64,000 nucleotides of DNA from an uncultured Verrucomicrobiae bacterium (GTDB lineage Bacteria > Verrucomicrobiota > Verrucomicrobiia > Limisphaerales > Palsa-1400), in the NCBI GenBank assembly GCA_963707025.1, contig CAVPOM010000018.1:256001-320000 (forward strand), in the 5' to 3' direction. The notes under the pieces were generated by a model. It did not search any database, was not told the DNA's origin, and saw only the letters and a list, made by a program, of their open reading frames with translations. Made by a program: the position numbers and the translations under genes. This document shows positions 42,015-50,836 of the stretch, piece after piece (positions within the stretch are counted from its first letter, which is position 1; the number at the start of each line of letters is the position of its first letter).

Positions 42015-42140
42015 CTTGTCCGCCGTAGCTCTAGCGAAGGCGGATCATCCGGCTTGCAAAAGGCAGGAAGGCGAAGCCGACCTGTCCGCCGTCTTGTCCG
42101 CCGTAGGCCCGGCGAAGGCCAAAGGCCCGGCGAAGGTGGA
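42015..42140. repeat. REP-like cluster (GTCCGCCGTAG...GCGAAGGCGG family)
   Basis: CTTGTCCGCCGTAGCTCTAGCGAAGGCGGA and variants; related unit at 48389-48418. Confidence 0.65.
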
Positions 42141-42590
42141 ATGCCAACACGCGAACGCTCCGCCCCAACAAGTGCCTGGTCGTGAAGTCGCTGGATTCCA
42201 GCTTGCGCCCTATCTGCCCTTCGCAACATGGAATCCACCGCCATCACCACCAGGCAGTTAACGCCAGGCGAGGAGAAGCCGCTTTTGGGGTGTCCGCCTT
42301 GTTTTCCGCTGGCGCGGAGGGGGAGAAATCAGACTGGCCATAACTCGCTCTCAGCCGCCGCGAGGGGCGGCAATTTCCTTTTTCTGGCTTCTACCCGCTG
42401 GCTATCCGGTTGTTTGTGCCCTGCTGCTTGCAGGCCCCTGACTCGAAATTGACAACGCTATTTATCAGGAGTCCTCACACGTCATCCCAGCCTTGATTAT
42501 CAAGCCTTTACAGCATTTTACCTCATCCCGAATCCTCCCGAATCTGCCTGCAAAATCCCATACAGTATCAGATTTACCACCAGTCACCCA

Positions 42591-43392
42591 TCAGGCCAAA
42601 ATATCGTTGAAGTCCACATCGAATGCCTTGCTCAAAAACGCCACGGTTTCGGGCTGTCCATCAAGAGACGCACGCACATGGGTGGTCGTGTAGATGCCTG
42701 ATCTGCGCTTCATCTGCGCCTGTTCTCGCGGGAGAGACTTGATCCAATCCACCATCGCAACATATTCCGACTTCTCGGCGGAATCCGAATCGAACAGCCA
42801 TCTGCGGGCACAAGGTGACAAGAGGCTTCCCCTGAATGAAAATCTGATTCACCGGCATTGGCTTGGTCCGTATGCGGCCAATACCAACGTAGCCGCGACC
42901 CTTGAGATACGCGGCGAAGACATCTCCGGGATGAAAACCACAAATAGCCTCCCGCCAACGTTTTTCGTCACCTCCAGCCGCGATGAAACTATAACGGCGA
43001 CAATCATCCCAAGCTCTGCGGTTGCACTCGCCCACATTGAAATAATAAAGACGATTCTGGAAATCGAATCCCGGGAGGTCCCGGTGAAAAGTGTCGTGAG
43101 GTCTAAATCTATCTGAAAAATGCCCAGCAACCTCATTCGTCGTGAACTTACCGAGCTTCCAAAGAAGCGTTGCCTCTACCAGTAAAGCTTGATCCTCCGT
43201 CAAACCGCGCGCGACAACACGAACAATTGGCTGGCATCCAGCGCTACGAATGTCGGCGATCCGCAGCGCTTTCCGCGACTTCCCAACATCCGCCAGATGA
43301 ATGTCTTTCCTGCTCCCACAACCCTTGCCGTAGTAGAATTCCTCGTAGTTGCGAGGATCAATGTAAACGTACACGTAATAGTCGGACATCAT
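42591..43392 (-). pseudogene. LEM-3-like GIY-YIG nuclease cassette gene, frameshift near 42793
   Basis: YYVYVYIDPR..EFYYGKG.G.R ... EATL; C-terminus continues in the 42591-42821 frame; GGGAGA RBS. Confidence 0.8.
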
Positions 43393-43486
43393 TTTTTCTC
43401 CCAGTATCCTGCCGCGATCCACATAGTCAACCCGCAACTGTCAATTTCCAAGCCCACGGCCACATCTCATGCAACGCGCGAATGCT

Positions 43487-43546
43487 GCCTAACGACATCG
43501 AGTTCAGCGGCGAGCGTAGCGAGTCCGCTGCATCGAGGGGTTAGGC
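43487..43546 (-). mobile_element. Integron attC recombination site (60 bp)
   Basis: Minus strand GCCTAAC CCCTCGATGCAGCGG ACTCGCTACGCTCG CCGCTGAACTCGATGTC GTTAGGC: RYYYAAC and GTTRRRY ends, internal imperfect palindrome; upstream ORF stop TAA lies within R''. Confidence 0.92.
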
Positions 43547-44104
43547 AGGGCCGAGGTAACGCCTGAGGACGGGCAGCCCCGCAGCGAGAGAAAAGGAGCT
43601 GAAATTGAAATCGAGATCTTCAGGTGCGCCACGTGTGAGAACGATCCGGTCTGGCTTATCGAACCCAAAATAGAACATGCGATCACGTTTGCCCGACCGC
43701 GTCCGGAGCGACGACAGTAGATCAACGATTTCCTCCCGCCGAAATAGGAGCATCAACGGTAGCCACCAGGACGATCTGGTGCCGCCGCCGTGGCCAGTTA
43801 CATTCGGATAAAGCGACGCGAGAACGAAGAAGTCTGCTCGCTCCGAAACCGGAAACGCCCGGAACCAGATAACGAACCGAAACTTTGCTTTGTGAGGTTG
43901 TTCGTAGGCGCGCGAATACTTGACTTGCAGCGACGCCGTGCGAGTGACGCCACCACGAAGCCGACGCGAAAGTAGTAGGTCTACGCCTTTCTCTTGGCGG
44001 GACAGCGGCGCGAACACCGAATACCCTTGGCTAGCCGGAAGCGCCTTCATGAGCTGGTCGGCTACAAGCCACTCGGAGTACGGGAGGGTGAGGATTGGCT
44101 CCAT
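43541..44104 (-). CDS. Integron cassette gene, PD-(D/E)XK-like nuclease fold candidate
   Basis: E...GVDLLL...SLQVKYSR motif; stop inside attC. Confidence 0.65.
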   Translation of the reverse strand: MEPILTLPYSEWLVADQLMKALPASQGYSVFAPLSRQEKGVDLLLSRRLRGGVTRTASLQVKYSRAYEQPHKAKFRFVIWFRAFPVSERADFFVLASLYPNVTGHGGGTRSSWWLPLMLLFRREEIVDLLSSLRTRSGKRDRMFYFGFDKPDRIVLTRGAPEDLDFNFSSFSLAAGLPVLRRYLGPA

Positions 44105-44122
44105 AGTTAATATAAAACAGGT

Positions 44123-45574
44123 CACAGCCATCCCACAGGAAATTGGAAAAAAGTGTTGGCTTGACCATTTGAACCTGCCACAAGGCAGGCATGAAAAACA
44201 AAAAAATCAAACCAACACGGTCCCGGTTTAACGTTTTGCGCCAGATTTGCAATCTCATTCCTGCGCATGAAGTCTCCAAAATAGCGCGGGAGACCGGGGC
44301 TCTGGATAAGTCGCGCACCTTCAGTCCGTGGAGTCACACGGTCAGTTTGCTGGACGCGCAACTCACCCATTGCATCGGACTCAACGATCTGTGCGACTCG
44401 CTGCAATTGCATTCCGGGCCGCTGTCCACTTTGCGCGGCGCCAGCGCCCCCAGCCGCAACGGCCTCTCCCACGCCAACCGGGAGCGTCCGGCCCAGATGG
44501 CCGAACAACTCTTCTGGCGGGTCCTGGAGCATTTGAAAGCACAGACGCCCGGCTTTGCCGCGGGCCAGCGCCGTGGCCCCGCCTTCCGTTTCAAGATGCC
44601 CATCCATGTGATTGATAGCACGACCATGGAACTGGTGGCCAACTGCCTGGACTGGGCCAAGCACCGCCGGCGCAAGGCCGCCGCCAAAACCCATATGCGG
44701 TTGAATCTGCAGAATCTTTTGCCCGGTTTTGTCATTGTGGACACTGCCGCCGAGCACGACAACCGACGGGCGCGGGAACTGTGCGCCGACTTGAAGAGCG
44801 GCGAAATCGCCTTGTTCGACAAGGGTTATGTGGACTTCGGCCACTTGCGGGATTTGGACGGGCGCGGGGTCTTTTGGGTGACGCGGGCCAAGGAGAACAT
44901 GGGCTATGAGGTGGTGCGGAAAATGCCCGCCTCCAGAGACCCGAAGATTTTGCGCGACGAAGTGATCGTCCTGAGCAACGAGAACAAACCCGCGCCGGAG
45001 TTGATGCGCCGGGTGGTGGCGCTGGTCGAGATTGATGGAGAGGAACGGGAAATGACCTTCCTGACCAACAACCTGGAGTGGAGTCCGCGCAGCGTGGCCG
45101 ACCTTTACCGCTGCCGCTGGCAGATCGAAGTCTTCTTCAAACAAATCAAGCAGACCTTGCAGTTGGCGGATTTTCTGGGCCACAACGCCAACGCCATGCG
45201 CTGGCAGGTGTGGACGGCGCTGTTGACCTACGTGCTGTTGCGCTACCTCAGTCACCTCTCCAACTGGGCGCACAGCTTCACCCGGCTGTTCACGATTTTG
45301 CGGGCGGCGCTCTGGGAGAAATATGATCTGCTCAATTTGCTGGCGTGCTATGGGACAGCAGGCGGCAGCTTTCGCCACTTGGCGCCGGCCCGAGCAGGCG
45401 TATTTCCCCGGCTTCCAATAAAGCTATGGGACAGCACACGCGCCCAAACAGGCGCATACCAAACCCAAAAGCCAAACTCGGAAAAATCAAAATCTCATTT
45501 TACCCCGAAGACCAATTAAACCCTTGCAAATGAACAGGTCAGCACCAGACTTTTCCCCTTATGAGACGGGTGTG
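44123..45574 (+). mobile_element. IS4-family insertion sequence, copy 2 (1452 bp)
   Basis: Same termini as copy 1; 9-bp direct repeat AAAACAGGT at 44114-44122 and 45575-45583. Confidence 0.95.
44191..45519 (+). CDS. IS4 transposase with altered C-terminus (+1 C near 45385)
   Basis: Matches copy 1 except one V>M change and GGCGCCGGCCC vs GGCGCGGCCC, extending the ORF to 442 aa. Confidence 0.9.
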   Translation: MKNKKIKPTRSRFNVLRQICNLIPAHEVSKIARETGALDKSRTFSPWSHTVSLLDAQLTHCIGLNDLCDSLQLHSGPLSTLRGASAPSRNGLSHANRERPAQMAEQLFWRVLEHLKAQTPGFAAGQRRGPAFRFKMPIHVIDSTTMELVANCLDWAKHRRRKAAAKTHMRLNLQNLLPGFVIVDTAAEHDNRRARELCADLKSGEIALFDKGYVDFGHLRDLDGRGVFWVTRAKENMGYEVVRKMPASRDPKILRDEVIVLSNENKPAPELMRRVVALVEIDGEEREMTFLTNNLEWSPRSVADLYRCRWQIEVFFKQIKQTLQLADFLGHNANAMRWQVWTALLTYVLLRYLSHLSNWAHSFTRLFTILRAALWEKYDLLNLLACYGTAGGSFRHLAPARAGVFPRLPIKLWDSTRAQTGAYQTQKPNSEKSKSHFTPKTN

Positions 45575-45606
45575 AAAACAGGTTGTTCGAGTATTACAAT
45601 GACCAA

Positions 45607-45840
45607 TTGAATTCTGACGAAGCGGTGCGGCGACTTACGGTAGTTGTTCGACGCAAATATCTTGCGCTCGCGACCGAGCGGACTTGCTGCGCTTGACTCA
45701 GGCGATATTGCGACTTCCTCAAAGGGCTGCCGTTGCATTTGCCAAGTGAACATAAACTGGAACGGTTTCTGACCGTCCCGGCCAAGAACGATGTCGCCGC
45801 AAGAATCCAACGTCAAGCCTTTAACCAGACGAAACGATAA
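45607..45840 (+). pseudogene. intI: Integron integrase N-terminal (SAM-like) fragment
   Basis: Hand translation MNSDEAVRRLTVVVRRKYLALATERTCCA*LRRYCDFLKGLPLHLPSEHKLERFLTVPAKNDVAARIQRQAFNQ resembles IntI N-termini (R.H.S..TE..Y..W...FLT.LA...V..STQ.QA.NA); internal TGA at 45694; divergent from cassettes. Confidence 0.8.
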
Positions 45841-46215
45841 AACCCTCTGCCGGTCTCGCCATGCGCGACCCTTTAGATAAACTCTCAAAAGAGCCGATCA
45901 ATTTCGGCAGACGTTCCACCCAAAACTCGACGTTGCAAAACAGCTTGGCCGTGAAATCCTCCGACCATAGTTGGCTCTTGCGCAGATATTTCCGCTTCTC
46001 TGGCGGGGTGTTCGCCAAACGGTATCGCCGCATGACCCGCCGCAGTTTCACCGCCTGGCTTGCGGTCACTTCCCGATCCTCTCGATTGCCAAGCGGCAGG
46101 TGTTCCCGGCCAATCACACCCCAATACCGGCCCGGCTTTTGTTCCATCGCCGGCATTTCCTCTTTGTTCGCCATGTAACGCTTGCCCGCATAAGCAAACG
46201 CGCCCTTGATTTTAA
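45821..46215 (-). pseudogene. C-terminal remnant of a rolling-circle replication initiator (HUH Rep)
   Basis: AFAYAGKRYMA (motif-3-like YxxK) followed by PGRYWGVIGREHLP and KLRRVMRRY; N-terminal HUH part absent. Confidence 0.6.
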
Positions 46216-46232
46216 ACCCATCTGCGGATTTA

Positions 46233-46260
46233 GCCACAAAGGAACGCAATGAACGCAAAG
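46233..46260 (+). repeat. 9-bp-periodic tandem arm downstream of GxxExxY gene
   Basis: GCCACAAAGGAACGCAATGAACGCAAAG, inverted relative to 48142-48170. Confidence 0.8.
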
Positions 46261-46341
46261 AAACAGGAGAGGAAAACACCGGGGGCTTGGCGCGCTGTCT
46301 TCATGGTGTCGCGGCTCATGACATATTTCTTAATCTGGAAT

Positions 46342-47791
46342 CACACCCGTCTCATAAGGGGAAAAGTCTGGTGCTGACCTGTTCATTTGCAAGGGTTTAA
46401 TTGGTCTTCGGGGTAAAATGAGATTTTGATTTTTCCGAGTTTGGCTTTTGGGTTTGGTATGCGCCTGTTTGGGCGCGTGTGCTGTCCCATAGCTTTATTG
46501 GAAGCCGGGGAAATACGCCTGCTCGGGCCGCGCCAAGTGGCGAAAGCTGCCGCCTGCTGTCCCATAGCACGCCAGCAAATTGAGCAGATCATATTTCTCC
46601 CAGAGCGCCGCCCGCAAAATCGTGAACAGCCGGGTGAAGCTGTGCGCCCAGTTGGAGAGGTGACTGAGGTAGCGCAACAGCACGTAGGTCAACAGCGCCG
46701 TCCACACCTGCCAGCGCACGGCGTTGGCGTTGTGGCCCAGAAAATCCGCCAACTGCAAGGTCTGCTTGATTTGTTTGAAGAAGACTTCGATCTGCCAGCG
46801 GCAGCGGTAAAGGTCGGCCACGCTGCGCGGACTCCACTCCAGGTTGTTGGTCAGGAAGGTCATTTCCCGTTCCTCTCCATCAATCTCGACCAGCGCCACC
46901 ACCCGGCGCATCAACTCCGGCGCGGGTTTGTTCTCGTTGCTCAGGACGATCACTTCGTCGCGCAAAATCTTCGGGTCTCTGGAGGCGGGCATTTTCCGCA
47001 CCACCTCATAGCCCATGTTCTCCTTGGCCCGCGTCACCCAAAAGACCCCGCGCCCGTCCAAATCCCGCAAGTGGCCGAAGTCCACATAACCCTTGTCGAA
47101 CAAGGCGATTTCGCCGCTCTTCAAGTCGGCGCACAGTTCCCGCGCCCGTCGGTTGTCGTGCTCGGCGGCAGTGTCCACAATGACAAAACCGGGCAAAAGA
47201 TTCTGCAGATTCAACCGCATATGGGTTTTGGCGGCGGCCTTGCGCCGGCGGTGCTTGGCCCAGTCCAGGCAGTTGGCCACCAGTTCCATGGTCGTGCTAT
47301 CAATCACATGGATGGGCATCTTGAAACGGAAGGCGGGGCCACGGCGCTGGCCCGCGGCAAAGCCGGGCGTCTGTGCTTTCAAATGCTCCAGGACCCGCCA
47401 GAAGAGTTGTTCGGCCATCTGGGCCGGACGCTCCCGGTTGGCGTGGGAGAGGCCGTTGCGGCTGGGGGCGCTGGCGCCGCGCAAAGTGGACAGCGGCCCG
47501 GAATGCAATTGCAGCGAGTCGCACAGATCGTTGAGTCCGATGCAATGGGTGAGTTGCGCGTCCAGCAAACTGACCGTGTGACTCCACGGACTGAAGGTGC
47601 GCGACTTATCCAGAGCCCGGTCTCCCGCGCTATTTTGGAGACTTCATGCGCAGGAATGAGATTGCAAATCTGGCGCAAAACGTTAAACCGGGACCGTGTT
47701 GGTTTGATTTTTTTGTTTTTCATGCCTGCCTTGTGGCAGGTTCAAATGGTCAAGCCAACACTTTTTTCCAATTTCCTGTGGGATGGCTGTG
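46342..47791 (-). mobile_element. IS4-family insertion sequence, copy 3 (1450 bp)
   Basis: Same termini; 9-bp direct repeat ATCTGGAAT at 46333-46341 and 47792-47800. Confidence 0.95.
46495..47723 (-). pseudogene. IS4 transposase, -1 frameshift near 47617
   Basis: AGAGCCCGG vs AGAGCCCCGG in copy 1; ORF split into 47379-47723 and 46495-47568. Confidence 0.88.
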
Positions 47792-48141
47792 ATCTGGAAT
47801 TTGTAGCTGCCGAAGTTGATCAAAAGTCCATCCTCAAGCTTGGAAGACTTGAGATAGCCCAGGATTTGCGCAACATGCTCTTCGGTCGTAGCCCGGCACG
47901 CCTTCAACTCCACGACCAAACAGCCCTCCACCAACAAGTCGGCTAAATAGTCTCCGAGCAAAGTCCCGTCCTCATCGTAAACCTTGAGCGGATGCTGCTG
48001 TTTGACCTCGATGCCAGCCTTGCGCAGCCGATGGACGAGAGCGTTTTCATACACCTTCTCCAAGTGCCCGTGCCCGTGATAGACATGAATCGCGTAAGCT
48101 GTTTTCCTCACCACGTCACAGATCTCATTAATCGTTTTCAT

Positions 48142-48170
48142 CTTTTGTGTTCCTTGTGTTCTTTTGTGGC
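48142..48170 (-). repeat. 9-bp-periodic tandem arm upstream of GxxExxY gene
   Basis: Minus strand GCCACAAAAGAACACAAGGAACACAAAAG immediately before the ATG. Confidence 0.8.
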
Positions 48171-48614
48171 AGTCTCGTTCAGTTTGGTTTCGTCAGGCGT
48201 GTCTTTTCCAAGGCAGTTCAGCGGCGGCACGGATTCACTTTGAAAATCTGACGCGGACGATATTAGCCGCGCCTGCACCGCTTGCAAATCGAAACCGCCA
48301 GGGGACACCGGCATATGCGCTTTAGACAAGCCCAGCGGAGGCGGGGGGCGGCGCTGGGCGCCACCCCGCCGCCTCTCGCTGTCGCCAGCCTGCCCGCCGT
48401 AGGCCCCGCGAAGGCGGGTTGTCACCACATCCGGCCGCAGAACCGGCGAGCAGTGTAGCTCAGTGCCCGGTTCTGCTCGATTTACCGCGCTGCCGGGAGA
48501 TTCCGGAGTTCCAAACCCATTACAGGTTGCCGCGCTCATCGTCCGTTCCCCCTATCGCCAAAATTGCACCAAGAGCAGGCTTGCAAACAATGTCCCGTAC
48601 TGTATGCTTCCAAC

Positions 48615-48848
48615 ATGGCTCTTTCAGTTGAAATGGTCACAGAAGAAGCGATGAATCTGCCGGCAAGCGGACGCGAGTTGCTGGTGGAAAAGCTCCTTGC
48701 CAGTCTGGCAGGCGAGGCAAACCCGACGGTGGAACGCGCCCATTTGGATGATGTTCGGGAGCGCCGCGCCGCTGTCAGCTCTGGCAAGTCGAGGTTTGTT
48801 GAGGGGACAGAAGCAAGCAGGACGGCCCGCGCCGCGGTGCGGACATGA
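48615..48848 (+). CDS. Addiction module antitoxin (TIGR02574-like)
   Basis: EEAMNLP...RELLVEKLLASL...ERA...VRER...SGK; ATGA overlap with toxin. Confidence 0.8.
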   Translation: MALSVEMVTEEAMNLPASGRELLVEKLLASLAGEANPTVERAHLDDVRERRAAVSSGKSRFVEGTEASRTARAAVRT

Positions 48849-49137
48849 AGCATCGCTTTGTTGAGGAGGCATTGGACGAATTCATTGCGGCTGGCCGGTA
48901 TTACAACCAGCAGGTTCCGGCCTGGGTGACGCCTTTGTTGATGAGGTTGAAGCCGGTATCCGGGCCATTCTCAATGCCCCTCAGGTTTGGCGTGTGGTCA
49001 AAGACGACGTAAGGCGGTATCTCATCCGCCGTTTTCCATACGGCATTTACTACACCATCGAAGAAGACAACGTCGTTATTTGGGCGGTGAAGCACCTGCA
49101 TCGTGACCCGGACTATTGGCAGCACCGCCGCAAGTGA
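48845..49137 (+). pseudogene. ParE/RelE-family toxin with 1-bp deletion near 48919
   Basis: MKHRFVEEALDEFIAAGRYYNQQVP then, shifted, LGDAFVDEV...RRYLIRRFPYGIYY...AVKHLHRDPDYW; span is 293 nt. Confidence 0.85.
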
Positions 49138-49200
49138 AATTCTCACATCGGCCACACTGGTTATCGGGTGGCGGTCGCGATGACGGCGAGGATGTCTCTT

Positions 49201-49389
49201 TCATCGGGGCCTGTCCTTTCCCGCGACTGTGCCAGCAATGGCGAGAATGGCCCGCCGCAACGGTTCGCTCGGTTCCGGCCAAGCCTCGATAACTTTCTGC
49301 AAGTCCGGGCAGGCCGGGGAAATTGGTGCGCTTATCGGTGCGTCAGAATCTGTGTTCCCCAGGCAATCTGCCGTTTTTGGCATTCTCAA
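49201..49389 (-). CDS. Small helical ORF resembling integrase-associated C-terminal tail
   Basis: PDLQKVIEAWPEPSEPLRRAILAI motif. Confidence 0.45.
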   Translation of the reverse strand: MRMPKTADCLGNTDSDAPISAPISPACPDLQKVIEAWPEPSEPLRRAILAIAGTVAGKDRPR

Positions 49390-49396
49390 ACCTGGA

Positions 49397-50659
49397 TTAT
49401 TCCGGGTTGCCGCCGATCACAATGCGCGCGCCGCGCTTATAGGTGAGGTAAGAATAGAACCACTGGAAGAGCACGGCGATTTTGTTGCGAAAACCGACGA
49501 GAAAAATCAAATGAATCACCAGCCACGCCAGCCACGCCACCAAACCGGAAAGATGCAACGAACCCACTTGCGCCACCGCCGCCGAACGCCCGATGGTCGC
49601 CATCGTCCCCTTGTCCCAGTAACGGAAGGGCGGGCGGGCGGCCGCGCCGGGGGAGGCGAGTTCTCCTTCGATGATGCGCGCCACATGCCGCGCCATTTGC
49701 ATGGCCGCGGGCGACACTCCCGGCAGCGGCTTGCCCTCCTCTGTCAAAACCAGGGCCATGTCGCCGATGGCAAAGACTTCGGCATGGCCCGGCACACTCA
49801 AGTCGGGATTCACCTTGACGCGCCCCGCCCGGTCCAGTTCCGCCCCCAGCTTTTTCGTCAGCGGCGAGGCCGCGACACCGGCCGCCCAAATAATATTGGC
49901 CGCTCGAATCGTTTCGCCGCTCTCCAACTCCACCTGGCCGGGGCCCAGGCGCTTGACGGCCGCCTGGAGACGCACCTGCACTCCCAGCCCTTCCAACTGC
50001 CCTTGCGCGCTGGCGGACAAATCCGGCGGCAAATGCCCCAGAATCCTCGGCCCGCCTTCGAGCAAAATGACCCGCGCGCGCGCCGGATCAATGCGCCGGA
50101 AATCCGCCCGCAAAACGTGCCGTGCCAATTCCGCAAAGGCGCCCGCCAATTCCACGCCCGTTGGCCCTCCCCCAACCACCACCATGGTCATCAACCGCGC
50201 CTGTTCTTCCGCCGACGTTTCCGTTTCGGCCCTTTCAAACGCGAGCAAAATCCGGCTGCGAATGCGCAGGGCGTCCTCCAACGTTTTCAAGCCCGGCGCA
50301 TGTTCCTCCCATTCGGGATGCCCGAAATAACTGGTGCATCCCCCCAAGGCCAGCACCAGGTAATCGTAAGACAATTCCCCATTTGCCAGGACGACTTTCT
50401 TCTCCGGCAACTTGAAATCCAGGACCGATTCCATCAAGACGGTAATGTTGGGCCGGCGGGAAAGGATGGATCGAATCGGCTGTGCAATTTCGGGGGCGGA
50501 GAGGCCGGCCGTGGCCACCTGGTAAAGGAGAGGTTGAAACAGATGATGATTGGACCGGTCCACCAGCGTCACGCGGGCGGAGGCATGACGGAAGCGATGG
50601 CAGAACTCCAGCCCGCCAAATCCAGCCCCCAAAACGACTATGTGCGCGGGTGGCCGCAT
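49397..50659 (-). CDS. ndh: Type II NADH dehydrogenase-like FAD oxidoreductase
   Basis: GAGFGG, HLFQPLLYQVAT, GGGPTGVELAG, WAAG, AIGD, YWDKGTMATIGR. Confidence 0.92.
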   Translation of the reverse strand: MRPPAHIVVLGAGFGGLEFCHRFRHASARVTLVDRSNHHLFQPLLYQVATAGLSAPEIAQPIRSILSRRPNITVLMESVLDFKLPEKKVVLANGELSYDYLVLALGGCTSYFGHPEWEEHAPGLKTLEDALRIRSRILLAFERAETETSAEEQARLMTMVVVGGGPTGVELAGAFAELARHVLRADFRRIDPARARVILLEGGPRILGHLPPDLSASAQGQLEGLGVQVRLQAAVKRLGPGQVELESGETIRAANIIWAAGVAASPLTKKLGAELDRAGRVKVNPDLSVPGHAEVFAIGDMALVLTEEGKPLPGVSPAAMQMARHVARIIEGELASPGAAARPPFRYWDKGTMATIGRSAAVAQVGSLHLSGLVAWLAWLVIHLIFLVGFRNKIAVLFQWFYSYLTYKRGARIVIGGNPE

Positions 50660-50836
50660 AACGATCACGACGCTCCCCAGCATTGCTGGACGGCTTATTT
50701 CGTCAACCATTAAAATGGCGCAGCGGCGAGCCGGGAGCATTTTCAATACCACCGCAGCCATCACCTCCCGCCACGAGGCGATGAACGGGTTGGCCTCGTC
50801 CGGTTACAATTTTGTTTAAACCGCGCCAGGCGGCGG

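Larger units (their letters stand above)
46230..48141 (-). pseudogene. GxxExxY protein (PD-(D/E)XK superfamily) interrupted by IS4 copy 3
   Basis: GHLEKVY, ADLLVEGCLVVELK, QILGYL, GLLINFG; removing IS plus one ATCTGGAAT restores ...YKFQIKKYVMS...FLCG* ending 46230. Confidence 0.9.

Noticed and set aside
42255..42385. Riboswitch (TPP-like GGGGTG start) or second attC after cassette 2
   Set aside because: Hairpins and a terminator-like stem exist, but the CTGAGA TPP core is missing and I could not pair RYYYAAC/GTTRRRY boxes convincingly.
45559..45888. 109-aa minus-strand ORF
   Set aside because: Antisense to the intI fragment and runs into the IS end; likely a shadow.
44123..47791. Composite transposon formed by inverted IS4 copies 2 and 3
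   Set aside because: Each copy has its own distinct 9-bp target duplication on both sides, so they inserted independently.
42000..49400. tRNA integration site or attL/attR repeats bounding the island
   Set aside because: No tRNA cloverleaf or flanking direct repeat found by eye; a computational repeat search could still reveal a short one.
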